Shown: positions 11,510-24,880 of the stretch, piece by piece | How positions within the stretch are numbered: the first letter of the stretch is position 1 | How the letters are laid out: each line of letters begins with the position of its first letter | Origin: Eukaryota sp. TZLM1-RC | Taxonomy: Eukaryota; Protista; Metamonada: BaSk clade | Direction of reading: 5' to 3' | DNA length: 64,000 bases | NCBI GenBank assembly: GCA_040285825.1 | Contig: JAUPSS010000008.1 | Location: forward strand, 1,116,001 to 1,180,000 | Translations under genes and position numbers: made by a program | The notes under the pieces: model-generated | What the model was told of the DNA's origin: nothing | Database searches by the model: none | Seen by the model: the letters and a program-made list of their open reading frames with translations, nothing else

Positions 11510-14500
11510 ACAGCCACTGTTAAAAATTGACCCAGAACTGACGAAACGAAGATTTTTCCTAGCTTGGTGCCAAACGACGGGAAACAGGTACACCATGGAA
11601 CTTTCAAGGAAACAAGCAGAGAGAGAAGAAGACATTCCATTAGGCCTGTCGACCAGGAGAACTTATTCTAGAGGAGTAATCCCATCTGGTCCAGGTTCTA
11701 AGCGACGCTCGGGAGGCGATACCAAATGAACTACCCAAAACAAATATATACCTGAAATACATGAACAGGATGGTTATAAGTTTTGCACATACTGCAATGT
11801 CACCGAAGGAAATAACCCTATCGGTCACACGGTATTTGAATGTAAAGACCCCGTTGTACCAGGAGTAAGATACCCATGGAACTGAGGTTCATGATTTGTG
11901 AGGCTGACCAGCCTGTGAGAGGTGGCAGTGTAGTTAGGGGCCAAGGTGGCCGTGGTAGACGTGTATCTTGATTTAGAGGTACAGACCGAGGTGGCCATTT
12001 TATAGGACATAAAGGCAGAGGTCGTTATAGACTTATTAATCACATAAACACACAAGAAGACACATCATCAATAACATCCGCTTCTGAGGATGAGTCAGCT
12101 AGTTCGAGCATGACTCCTCACAGTCGGATCGCCCGTTTCAGCAACAGGGTCAGAAATACAGGTAACTTCCCCAATCGGAAACAAATCAATGCAATCAATC
12201 ATAATCAATCAATTGCCGATTTCGGAAACCCGGTGAACAACTCCCCAACAGGACAAAACTAGATTTGTTAGTAAGAAAAAGATCAAAGCCTTGCTGAGAA
12301 TCCCTGGACCAAAATCAGTGAAAGAAGTTCGCTCATTGGTAGGATCCATCAATATATGAGAGATTGGCTTCCTGGTATTTCCGAATTAATAGCTCCAATT
12401 AATGAGTTAATTAAAGGAAAACCTAGAATAATAAAATGGACCAACGAGCATGATGATTATTTTAAACAAATAAAGGATTTAATAATTAATCACATGCCGC
12501 TCGAATTACCAGCTCCGGGCAAGCGCGTATTAATAAGTACTGACGCATCAGATGTAGCAGTAGGAGGTGTTATTTGGCAAGAAATTGAACCATACTCTCC
12601 TGCAGGAATCTCGCTGAATAAAAGGAAAGTGAGACCTTTGTCGTTCTATAGTAGATTATTTACAGAAACACAAAGAAAATGGGCCACTTTACAGAAAGAA
12701 TTATACGCAATACTTCTGATTTTAACTGAAAGTTGTTTAGAAAGCTACCTTTTGACTAGACATCTAACAATTTTCACTGATCACAAAAATATTGCATTCC
12801 TAGCCACAGCCCCAGAGAAAAACAGAATTGTAAAGAGATGGCTGCCGATACTATCTGAATTCGACTTTGATATAGTCCATGAACCAGATGAAGATAACCA
12901 CTGGGCAGATATGCTATCGAGGAATATTGATTTAGATCAAAACGAGGAAACTCCTTCTATATGTAGTATAAATATACCAGATACTTTACTTTCGAATTAC
13001 GAGATACCTCCAATAGACGATGATTCTGATTCGGACTTCGAAGACATCCCATCAATTTCATCCCTAAGTAGACACCAGGACTTACCTATTTTTTCTTCTT
13101 GGTTCTCTAAAATAAACTGAACAGCAAATAGCGAAAAATAACAATGAACCTCTATTTGAGAATGCAATTCTAGATGAAAATACTCAAATTTGGAAAAACA
13201 AAAAAACAAACTTTTAATTCCCAAAAGCCTCAAAAAACAGGCTTTACTATTAATACATGGATTGGTTCAATCAGGCCACCCCAGCAAAAACGACAGTCTA
13301 CATAAACTGTCCAAAAGCGACTTTTTCTGGCTCAATATGAGAAAGGACCTCATATATTATGTCAAAAGATACCCAACTTGTCAAAAAACGGCACCAGTTG
13401 AAAGGATAAAAACACCTTCCACAGGTTCCCTTTGGGCAGACCGTCCTTTTGCTAGATTAAATATCGACACAATTGGACCTCTGAATACTGATAGTGATGG
13501 TAATAAATACTTATTAGTATTTGTAGATTCTTTTACTGGATATTCAATTTTAGTCCCTGTGAAGGAACTCAATGCCTTAGAGTCCGCAGACGCTTTAATT
13601 TGGTACGTTTGCGCAATTTTAGGCATACCTATGTTAATTCATAGTGATAATGGTCCTGAGTTCGCCAATGAGACTTTTAAGATAGTGTGTAATAGATTAG
13701 CTATTGAGATGAGTAACTCAATACCCCACTACTCTGAAAGTAATGGACTTGTAGAGCGTAAACATAGAGACGCTTTACAATGCTTGAGGAAATTATTAAC
13801 AGATTTTAATGATTATGGAAATTGGTCTAATTATGTACCCATATCCCAACTATTAATAAATTCCACTAAAAGCAGAAAGACAGGTTTTACCCCATTCGAA
13901 CTAATGTTCGGATCTTTGATTAGTCCAAGATCGGACCCTGCAAACATATTAGGAAACTTATCAAAATTTGATTCCAATATTCCTTTATTAGACGATATTA
14001 AATTGAAAAATATTCGTCTGCAAGAAAAAAGGAAAAAATCAGAGCGTCATCAATCATTAAATACTCTGACTTCAGTAGACAATACTGATTCGTGTTCTAT
14101 ATATATAGTATTGGTGACTATGTCCTACGGAAAACCAAACAGAATAATAAATTATCTGGATCTTGGAACGAACCACTCTCAGTGATTGAAACTTTTTCCA
14201 AATCCACTTTATTTTTAAAGAATGTTACTACTGGCACAGAATTAAAAGCTGCCAAGAAAGATTGTAAGATCTATAACGCTGAAAATCCGCAGGATATTGA
14301 ATTGCTGAAAGCAGTCGCAGCAGGCGATGCTGAAAAACACGTTATAGAGAAAATCCTCTCAGAATATAGTTCTGACTCAGGTAGTTTCAATTGTTTGGCG
14401 GTGAGACGACTGAAGAGCCTCTCCATTCAGTAAAACATCCAGAAGATTACAAGTTGTTCATTATAGACAAGAGATCTACAAAAGTTGGTAAACGTACTTC

Positions 14501-14727
14501 TAATAGAAAGGTCCTTCCAACGAGTCTAGCGCCCCTAAACGACCTAGGCGTAGCAGTAGAAATAGGAATTAGTTTAGTATATTAGTTATTATTATTAGTT
14601 GTATATTCGTTAGAAAGCCGATTGATTTAGAAAAGGGGAGAAGCAGTGTTGGCGCCCTCAGGCTTTTATAATATGAATATAAAAATAAATCACCTTTATC
14701 TAACCCTTCTTTCCAACCTACGTAACA
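11510..14727 (+). mobile_element. Internally deleted Ty3/gypsy LTR retrotransposon (family C): gag fragment, RNase H, integrase, chromo-like tail, PPT and probable 3' LTR (~14647-14727)
   Basis: TDASDVAVGG/FTDHKN RNase H; HSDNGPEF integrase; CTYC..GH....C gag knuckle; PPT AGAAAAGGGGAGAAGCAG then TGTTGG. Near-identical to parts of 50800-53576. Confidence 0.85.
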
Positions 14728-14734
14728 GCCAAGT

Positions 14735-15135
14735 ACATAATAATGTCATATCGACTAGATTCCTTTTTAGAACCATTGTTATCTAAAGAAACTCTTGAAG
14801 ACCCCAATTTTGACAGTATTTGTTATAATAGAGCTTCTATGGGACTGACAAGAGGTGGTTCTTGAGGTAAGGCTGCTTTGGCATTCCTTGAAGATCTCAT
14901 CGTAGTTACAAAGGGAAGCATCGAAAGAATTTTTAATCGTGTACATTGGTAAAATGGCTTTGTGTTTTCAATTTGTATAGGAATGGTGAAATTAGCTTTT
15001 GATTCACTTTCTCCTTTTGGTAACTTTTCTGAATCCTTAGTAATTGACAGATTCGATGTGGGAGAGGCAGGTATTGAGGATGTAGAGCTTAGTTTGTGTA
15101 TTTCATGATTTTTATTCGTTGTCTGATAAATAGAT
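14735..15135 (+). mobile_element. 3' remnant of CRE-like element family B
   Basis: DNA similarity to 41100-41175 and 42145-42710. Confidence 0.6.
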
Positions 15136-15737
15136 ATTTTTCTTAAAAGAATTCGATTAAAAGAAATAGTTTGGAATCTATCTTTATCATATGAAGTGAG
15201 AAGTAGATAGGGATCCATGTTTTACCATTATTTTCAATAGAAAATAATGAATATATTTGATTTCATATAAGAATAGCGCTAAAGCTAATGCAACACGTCA
15301 TTGAAAAAGTCAATCCTTCTGACCGATCACCGAGAACAAGAAGGTTAAGTCACGAGCAAGCTATTGACTTAGTTTTTGTTCACAAAAATTCGTTTGTTTC
15401 ATGAAATGAAAGATAAATCCTTCTGCCCTAAATTCATGGTAGATGGGGAACAAGAGTTACAGTATTGATTTTTTGATGTCTTTCTAGATGTTGGTCTATT
15501 TCTCTCGAATTGTGTTTCAGTTTGAATAAAACTTGTTTAAGCATAGTTTATTTTAGCGATTACTGTGAAACAATAAAAATATCGTGACAAGTATGAGGTG
15601 ACAGACTTCATTTTTTCCAACCCAGTTTTATCTCATGACAGACAACGATTCCTACCTTCCTCTATCTGACCCTACTGCAATCCCTAACTATCCTAAGTTT
15701 GTTACTCTCATGATGTGACCTTAGAAAAAAAAATTGG

Positions 15738-16376
15738 ATGTTGCCCGTTGTTGGCGGAGGTGGCGTGTTAGCCGTTGCTGTTATCGTTGTCGTGGCCTTC
15801 ACTCTGCGCAGTGGACTGCACAAATAGTTTACAGCTCAAAATGTTGGAGAAACCATCATCGATCATGAAGAATACTTTGCAATTGACACGAAAAACGTTA
15901 AAGCGTACTACGAATCTGTGCAGGATGGCGTTACTGGACGTTTGTGGTATATTGATCGCATGCGCTCCTTTTATTTCCACAACGATACCATGGGCACCGA
16001 ATGTGATCGTCTCAAGAATGATTTCCTAGCTGCCATTTTCTCTGTTGGAATCCAAATTATGCTCCCTCCTGATGATGCCATAAAGACAGAAAAAATGAAG
16101 GTAGGTGACGTAGAGTGCACAAACTATCATGGTACTAAAATCGTCGTCCATGACAACTATGAGCATCATCAAGAAATGAACTGGCGTGTTAAAAACAAGT
16201 TTGTTCATAAGCTTGCTGAAGTTGGTGATGATGATGACTCATACATCAAGAACCACAAGAAGGTTTCTTACAAGTACAAGAACTTTTATCCTAACACAGT
16301 TTGTAAGACTTATGTTGATGATGAGAGCCTAGCTGAAAGCTTCCACATGCGCAAAGCCCTTGCACTCTTGAGGTAG
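15738..16376 (+). pseudogene. Paralogue of 25373..26053 (N-terminally anchored protein) with one premature TAG
   Basis: ATG 15738 is in frame with ORF 15918..16376. A TAG sits where the paralogue has CAG. Confidence 0.7.
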
Positions 16377-16489
16377 TAGTTGTTGTTCTGTTGATATTTT
16401 TTGTAAATTGTTTGTGTTGTTTTGACACACATCTATCAGTAACTCAACAAAAAGTCTTTGATTCATTTCAGTAATCATTATTTGATGTT

Positions 16490-16958
16490 GATGATTGTAG
16501 GATACATGGATGATATCTCAATTATTGGTCCTTTAAATGTTTTAAATGAATTGCTTCTGAAGCCTCACTGTTTTACAGAGAAGAATTAAATAATCTTTTA
16601 ATGAAATTGGGTTCTGAACTTGACACAATTTCGTCATTTGAAACTGAGAAACATATTAAGTTTTTTATCTTAAAAATTTGCTACTCCGGTCAAATTACTC
16701 ATATATTAAGAACAACATCGTCTAATTTTTCAAGTGAGTTTTGCCGCTCATTTAACTATTTGAGAACAAATTTTTTTGTGTCTTCGATTTATGTCAATCC
16801 TGAACTAATTCGAAGTCATGTATTTTCATCATCTAATGTTGGTGGAATTAATTTCACTAAATCGTCTATTCTTTGTCAAGCTGCTTTTCTTGGTGGAGGT
16901 AAAAATTTTGTTTTTAAATTTTGCAACCGTTTTCCCAATGATGTTAATTTATTGAATT
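16490..16958 (+). mobile_element. CRE-like family B RT fragment
   Basis: GYMDDISIIG and ETEKHIKFFILKICYSG are similar to ORF 16999..18750. Confidence 0.75.
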
Positions 16959-16959
16959 C

Positions 16960-19027
16960 TTTTTTTTTTGTTTTTTAAAATTTAATTTTATTCTAAACCT
17001 ATAAATCAACATCTAAAAAATCCATCTCTCCCAAAACAAACACACTAGATGCAACTCTCTCATAGTGAGATCCAAGAGAAAGCAAAGCATCAGAAACCAT
17101 CTTCAACATCCCCTTAAAAATAGAAAACACAATTCTATTTTGCCAAAACAATCTGTTGAAATTTCTGCCAGTTCTTCTCTTTACAATCATTTCAAAATCA
17201 TCCAAAAAACGTAAAGCAGTTGGTGCAAGTGAACCAAAAAGGGAAAATACAAATGGATACAAATTATATTTTGCATGCTGTAGACTGGCCAATTTGGACA
17301 AAGGTTCATTGTATTTTTTGAATTTAAAATTTTCAGCATTTGAAAGAGGATTATGAATTTCTGAATTAACAAGCCTTTCATTTGAGGCATTACAAGGATC
17401 AACAGACATTACATCCAATAAAATGAAGCTTCCATTTAATCCAGGTAATATGACATCACCTCTATTATTCTTATGAAAATCATTTTCAGCATCAAACAGA
17501 TTTGACAACAGAGGTTCCAAGAAGGATTCAATTCTATGAGATTTACACATACAATATAACTGGTCTCTTACAGCATCATGAACCTTGCTTCTAAAAGTAA
17601 TTAAATGTTTACAATTTAACAAATGAGTAGTTGTAATTTCTCGAGAACATTTACAAATTAAATTATGAGGTAAATTATCAGGCCAGATAAAGGAACGAAA
17701 TCTCATATTCAGAGTCCAAGCAGAATCGGATAAGAGAGTACCATAAACTTGTGGAATTGTTGTTACTAAGGCAGAAGAAGTACTGTCACACATATCATGT
17801 AAAAGATTTGCAAAAGCGGGATTCTTTTTCTTGGCCAAGCCAAGTCTAACATCAAAATCCAAGCTTTCTAAAATCTTTGACAATTTTTGTTGAAGCTTTT
17901 TACAGCAAAACTGTAAATTAAATAGAGATCGGTTTGGAATTTCTTGAATTGATTGAGGAAAACATTTGGTCCAAATTTGTGGCGGTAATTTTTCAAGTTC
18001 ACAAGATAACTTATACAAATAGGGACTACAATTGGGGACTAACAGATGAGAATCATCAGGAAATCTACGAGAAAATTCATAAATAAAATTTTTGCCACCA
18101 CCCAAGAATGCTGATTGACACAAAATTGAAGATTTAGTAAAACCAATACCACCCAAATTTGCTGAAGAAAATAAATGGCTTTTCAACATTCCTGGTTCTA
18201 CATCCAATAAATCAGCAAAAAATTCTGTTCTCCATGAATTAAAAGAACGACAAAAATCTAATGCTATGGAAGGAGCACAAGATCTCAAAATGTGGGTTAT
18301 TCTCCCAGTGTAGCAAATTTTAAGCATGAAAAATTTAATATGCTTTTCTATATCTAAAGAAGAAATTGAATCAAGTTCAATTTTCATTTTTTCCAAAATA
18401 ACTTGCAATTCATTCTGAATTTGAGGCACATTTCCTAACCAACAACCAAGGAACTTAAAAGCATCACTACTATAATTGGTAAAAGGGACAATAGAATCGT
18501 TTATCACGAGGTCTTGAGCAGAAGAGCCAATCAGAAGGCATTTGCTGGCATTAAGATGAAGCCCAATATTTTCATATGAATCGGCAATTTCTTGAGCAAC
18601 CAATTCTAGTAAATCAAATGAACCAATCAAGGATATATCATCCATATAAGCAACTATTTTTATAGAAGGGTATTTTTGCTTAATGATATTTAAAGTTTTG
18701 TGAATAGCTAAACAAAACAATAATGGGCCTAAAGGATCTCCCTGCTTCACTCCAGAAGATGATTTGAGACCAAATGAATTAAAAATTAAATCTGATTCTT
18801 TCCCATAAAAATGGTAGAAAAAACTCGATAGCTCAGGAAAATCAGATTTAATAACTTCAAAAATTGCTTCTCGCTTTACAGAATTAAAAGCATTTTTAAA
18901 GTCGAGATTAAAAATAAAATTATTTATCTCTGCATTAAAAAAGGTATCAGAGGCAATAGCAGCAACAGAAGCACCATCAATTGTTCTGATTCCAAATTGA
19001 TGAGGATTTAAAAATGTAGAAGCTTTA
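16960..19027 (-). mobile_element. 5'-truncated but uninterrupted CRE-like RLE non-LTR retrotransposon (family B): RT + Zn knuckle + restriction-like endonuclease
   Basis: Frame is open from ~19027 (PHQFGI, LDFKNAFNSV, GVKQGDPLGPLLF, AYMDD) to the stop at 16999. CKC..H..C..HDAVRD; RGD...D...K..KY RLE; A-rich tail at ~16960-16990. Confidence 0.9.
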
Positions 19028-19044
19028 TTTATTGAATTCAGATC

Positions 19045-22000
19045 CAGTGATCGGACACCACTGTTGGCTTTAGTGCACGTTGGTTTTCCATAAACGAATA
19101 AAAACAGATGTTTATAGAACAGAGGTAGAAAATCAAATATAAACTAAACAATAACAAATTTAAACTAGTGATGACGTGATACATCACGTCATACTTTCCG
19201 AAATTGGCAAGAAGAGTTTAGCCTGGCTAACACTGCCTCTTCTTCCTTCTTCCGCGTTTCTTCGGAGCAGGAGGATCGAGCAATTTCACATAGCGAGAGT
19301 AAGCGGAAGTGTTCTTTACCGAGGAAACCGGTTGTTTGGTAGCGGTTCCGTCAGACCACAGGATAGTGGCGATTTCCTGGGAAATGTCTAAAATAGCGTC
19401 TAAAAAAGTTTCGCCGGAGTCGGCAGCTACATACGCATCTAGAACGGATTGGGGTAACGAGGAATAACAGGGCTTGATCAAATGAGTGGAGGTCTTGAGT
19501 TTCGAGCGGGTCACGGGATTAAACACAAGGACAGAACTGGAGGATAATATTTCTTCAATGATGTAAGGACCCACGTAGTGGCCATGGAGTTTGTCTGGCT
19601 TCTCGCGCAGGACAAAAACTCGATCGTTAACTTGGGGAGAGTATCTGGGAGGAGCTGGCGTAGACGTGTTCTTGGAAGTGGAGATTACGGAGGCCCAAGA
19701 ACGAGTTAGCTGGTCAGTCAGAGAGGCAGTATGAAGAATATATTCTGGAATATCTGGTTCATGAAGTACGGAAGACAGACGATCTAGGATGGTATGAGGG
19801 AGCAAACGTGGAGAGGTCTCGGTACCAAATATTAGCTGATAGGGGGAGTGGTTCAGAGAGGAGCGATGTTGGGAGTTGATTAGCATCTGGCAGATTGGGA
19901 CGTAGTGAGACCAATTGTCGTAATCAGAAAAGTCGAGCAATAACTTCCGGAGAGCCTGAAGAAAGGTTCGGTGTTTCCGTTCGACCAATTCATTAGACTG
20001 ATGAAAATGAGAGATAGAGAGGGTGTGCTCGAGATTCAGGTAGGAACACATTAAGGTAAAGATCTGGTTAGAGAATTCAGGGCCATTGTCTGAATGAATT
20101 GACTTAGGCGCACCGAATATGGAAAACACATGAGTAAAAAGGGCATCAATTACGGTTTGGGCCTTAACATCGCGGGAGGGAACTAGAATACTGAACTTAG
20201 AGAAAGCATCCACAAAATGGATGATGTACTTGAAACCAGCTACGCCGGGGGCAAGAGGACCTATGCTATTACAATGCAAGTACTCGAAGGGTCGGTTGGT
20301 GGAGTTGAGGGATCCAGTAGATGGAATGAATGGGGAAATCACGGAAGCTGTTTTCTGACAGGGAATGCAGTTCTTGATATAGGTAGTTAGATCAGATTTC
20401 ATGGACGGTCAATAATAGTCAGAAGATTTTAGCCTTTTCCAGCAGTCATCAAGAGGAGCGTAGCCAGCTTCTGTTGCTCCGTGAATGAGCAAGAGGATCT
20501 CGGGACGCAGGACCGGCGGTACTAGAATCTTATGATCAGAAGTTAGCTTCAGGCCAGACTGGGGGTCGATCTTGCATGAGGCAAAGAGGGGGGTCGTTGT
20601 CAGAGAGTTTCTGCTGGGCCTTGAATAATTTATTCAGCACGGCTTGGGCCGGGCAACTTTTTGGAGCGGGCGGAAGGTGGTCTGAGCTAGCAGAGGAATC
20701 ATCGGGAATGGCAGCAGTAATGGCTGATACGGTATGTTCGTCGCTGTCAGAAGAGATGTCAATCATTGCTGAATCAGAACCGAATCTTTGATCATGTTCA
20801 TCATCTTCAGACATGAATTGGGAACGGAGGAAACGGGGATGATCAAATACTTCTGGGTGGAGTTCAAAGATCTCTCTGCGGGTAGGCAAGTGGAACTGGG
20901 AACTAGGAAGGTAGTAAGTGGGGAGATAGTCTGAGCAGCGGTTGATGTCTATGAAGGCCTAACGACCATCTCTATAGCTAATGATTTCGAGAACTTTATC
21001 TCGAATAATGAAGTTGAGACAGGAGCGGTATTGAGTAGGGCTGTCAAACAGCAGGGAACGGATGTCCTCGAAGTGAGAGCAAACCTGAGAAGTTTCTAGT
21101 ATGAATTGGGGTTCATCTTCGGTTCCAAGGACTGAGTAATAGTCCAGCGGCAAATAGTGGTAGTGAATTCCTCTATCACGAGGGTCTATTCGATGGCTAT
21201 AAACCATCTCCAGGCATGGAATGGCTATGGGACAGGGAGTGACCTCGTCATCGTCGTAATGGTAGACGGAGTGGATCTCAGGTTTAATTAGGCAAAGGAG
21301 AATGAAGGAAGTGATGTCTCGAGATGAGAGCAAGGTGTAGTCGGCGTAAAAGGGGTCAGGGAGAGGTTGGTGAACGGTTAAAGCGGGGCATTTAGGAGTA
21401 GGTCTCAGGTCAGAGTATGTCAGGGCGGTAGGAAGTAAGCAGAAGTCGTATAGCTGTTCACCGAAAGGGATGCCAGTATGTGGGTCGGGGGTCCAAGGGA
21501 AATGGTCACATTTGGGGGAGTTGGGGCATTCTTTGGGGCTGCAAGGAGGAGGGGTTGAATCGTGAAAGCAGCAACTGCTTCGATTAGCGAGTTTCCAGAG
21601 GTTGGGGAAATACGACGGTGGTGAATCATTATTCAAGTACGATTGATTGATTAGGAGGTGGTATCGGTGGGTGAGGTGACGGTTTCTTTCCCAGCTAAAA
21701 GAGGCTATGTGAGTAGGGAGGGGAATCAAATGGAAAATATGCGCGTGGTCAATTAGAGTTCCTAAGGTGACATTAGGATGAATGTAGTTGAGGATAATGG
21801 GGTGAGCGTTCAGGAGCATAACCTCGGGGAGGTAGTCTAATCGGGGCTTCTTGGGGTGCTGGAAGTATATACGGGAGTTTCAGTTGGCCTGTTGGACCAA
21901 ATCATTAACCTTGATGTTTCTAGCATATAGGCCAAGGGGTTCAGCATCGGTAGGAATGGACGCGGGTAGGGGGTCGAAAGCAGCTTTGCCAAAGTCTCTT

Positions 22001-24380
22001 GGAGCAGTAGTGTTGACAAACAGGAGTGGTAGATCAGTTGAGAGGACGAAGAAGCGGGCGGAAGAGGGAGAGAGTAGTTCGTGAGGTTCGGGATTCAGAT
22101 TATATTGAATGAAGTGTTTGCGGAAGTTGAGGTAGGCAGTCACGGAATGCTCAGGACGGAGGGCGGAAGGATGATGGGTTCTACGAGCGGTATCAAAGTC
22201 AATGTCGTACCAATGAGGGGAAGAGTGCGTCAGATCGTCGAGGTTCAGGTAATCCCACAGAGGAGATCTGGCCGATCCTAGATGAGTCATCATGCAGCAC
22301 AGGGCGGGCGAAGGATTGTCAAAAACACTTCAGGTCTTCTTCTCTTCTTTTTCCTTCTTCTTTGAAGCTGTTTCGACATAGTTAGCCCTAGATAAGTAGT
22401 CAGCCCAGTAGTTCTTAGTTCCTTCAATGTGAACACAGTCGAAGGAGAAGGACTGAAAGACGGGGATCCATCGGAGAACAACTCGATTGTTGTCGGGGCA
22501 AGAGAACAAATAGGCAAGGTTCTTGTGATCGCAGAAAATGGTTAGATGCTTAGTCAGAAGATATGACGATAGATTGGGTTGGTTCAACGTCATAACAATA
22601 GCGAAAAGCTTTTTCTGGAGGGTGGACCATCGCTGTTGTGAAGGAGTCAGAATACGTGAGTAGAAAGACACGGGCATTACCTTGCGTTTTGAAAGGCAGG
22701 TTCCTGGGGGGGGGAAGGTTCTAACTTTTTCCAGACAATACCAGCGATAGCTTTGTCGGATGCATCGGTGGACACAAGAATTGTGTCATCTGGGTCAGGT
22801 AAGGCGAGAGGAAGGCCATTAATCACCATTTATTTGATGTTGTTAAAGCATTGGAGTTCTTGAGGTCCTAACTTGATGCGACAGAGATATAGGATGAAAT
22901 TGCTTCTTCAGCGGTTGGGGCAGACAGATTGAGTTTCAGAGATTGGAGCTTGTGATAAGCTTCAGCTGAGTCTTCAAAACGGCAAAAGGATAACAAATGG
23001 GAAAGAACGGCTTCGGGGTCGTTGGGGTCGATTCCTTCGAAGATCTCGAAGGTTTCCAACACTTCGGGGGCAATACTACATAACACATACGGCAGCATAG
23101 CTTGATGAAGCTGATTTTCAGAAACAAGGCGGCGCTTTTCAAAAGTAGCAACATTAGTCGTGTCAGAGGAGTCAGAAGGCGGGTCTTGACTATCTTCAAA
23201 ATCCATCTCGGAGGGAAGTTTGAAGTTTCGAGGGTTTAAGGTCGAACTAGGTTTTCTTGTTCTAGTGGAGACAGGGGTAGATTCGGAGGTGTCTTCAGTA
23301 CTCAATTCGGAATTCTCGGTGAGAGAAAGTCTGGATTTCAAGGCAGCAACTTCTTGAGTGAGAGCCCGGATGGTTTCTCGGTCAGAATCACAGGAGGAGG
23401 ACTCGGTTGCTTTCGAGCCGAAGGGAGACTGTGAGTGAGTAGAAGACGGATATCTTCTTGTCATGTCTGACGAGACATGATTGGAGGACATACGGGATGC
23501 GTACACCTTAAGCGCTTCCACATACTGGGAGATGGCTACTCGACCAGTGTGTTGTAAATACGGAGCGACTTGAGGGTACCTGGCTACGGAGGTGGATTCT
23601 CTTGAGTCCACAGTAATTACTGTTGGCTTTAGTGCACGTTGGTTTTCCATAAACGAATAAAAACAGATGTTTATAGAATAGAGGTAGAAAATCAAATATA
23701 AACTAAACAATAACAAATTTAAACTAGTGATGACGTGATACATCACGTCATACTTTCCGAAATTGGCAAGAAGTGTTTAGCCTGGCTAACACCACCACGT
23801 GGTCCAATTTTACCACCATGTGGACCACGTGGTGCCACCATGGTGGTTTTCTTGGTGGTCAATTTCATTTCATTATTCCTTTCTCCTTTTTTTGTTCCAA
23901 ACACCATGGCCTGGTAGCAAACACCCTGTATTTGAATACATTTCCCCTAATAATGCTTATGATGAAGTGGACTATTCGAGAGGACTCCTACATGCCATAT
24001 GTGACTTTTATTCATATGGATGAATGCTGAAATAGTAAAAATGATGGAAGAGATGGAATAAATTGCAGATGCAGTAGTTGCAGAGGCTGTCAACGAGCAG
24101 GACCAAGCAGCAGATTATTCACTGCATGAGGAACTCCTACCGATCCTTGTTATGTCGGAGGACATTGAGGAGGAATGATATGATCTCAAATGCGTTTTTC
24201 TTTCGGTAGTTGAGTTATGGGTTTAGTATTTGTTAGTGGAAATAAACATGTTTTATTCATAATGATTTGACAATGTCAGAAGGTAACTGCATTTTATGGG
24301 CTAAAAAATACACCACCATGTGGACCACGCGGTGGTACATGGTGGTTGGTGCCACTGCGTGGTCAGAATTCCGAACACTG
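19045..24380. mobile_element. hAT-like MITE (~600 bp) interrupted by an LTR element
   Basis: TIR CAGTG(A/T)TCGGA at 19045 and 24370-24380. 8-bp TSD TTCAGATC (19037-19044, 24381-24388). Subterminal CCACCATGTGGACCACG repeats. Confidence 0.85.
19062..23791 (-). mobile_element. Ty3/gypsy LTR retrotransposon lacking PR/RT: gag-like, RNase H, large insert, integrase with chromo-like tail
   Basis: 171-bp near-identical LTRs 19062-19232 and 23621-23791 (TG...CA). 4-bp TSD CCAC. PPT. TDASD RNase H; HSDNGPEF integrase. Confidence 0.92.
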
Positions 24381-24880
24381 TTCAGATCATTTTCATACAT
24401 TCCAGTCAATCGTTTCGGTAATGTTCGAAGAGTGTAGTTAAATTTCAAAAATTCTTTTCTTGATTATTGCCATTGAGTGATTGGTGATTGGGGAAAGCAT
24501 CGACTCCTATTTCCTACATCAATTTTTCAAATTTCTTCATCTAATGCAAAAACAGTGGAACTTTGCGTTGTCATTAATAAATCTTCCCAATCGGCAAATC
24601 TTTCAGAACACTCAAAAATTTTATTTCTACATCCACCAATAAAAGCTAACAAAGTAAGAATAGAAGCCTTCGTCCAACCTAAACCGCCAAAATGTGGACT
24701 TGGATAGGCATGATCTGGAATTTGGAACATCTTACATCCCAGTAATTGTGACAAGACTTTTGCACGCAATCCATCAAGCCTCTGGGCCAAAGGCCTAGTG
24801 ATAAGAGGACTTGGAGATTGAAATATATGATTAAAGTTGGAATTAAAATATGGTCTTATAATGGTAAATTTGATATATTT
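24381..24880 (-). mobile_element. CRE-like family A fragment
   Basis: LGCKMFQIPDHAY...GGLGWTKAS matches ORF 10242..11231. Confidence 0.8.

Noticed and set aside
23792-24365. CRISPR-like repeats (CCACCATGTGGACCACG)
   Set aside because: Irregular spacing. They are subterminal repeats of a hAT-like MITE with TIRs and TSD.
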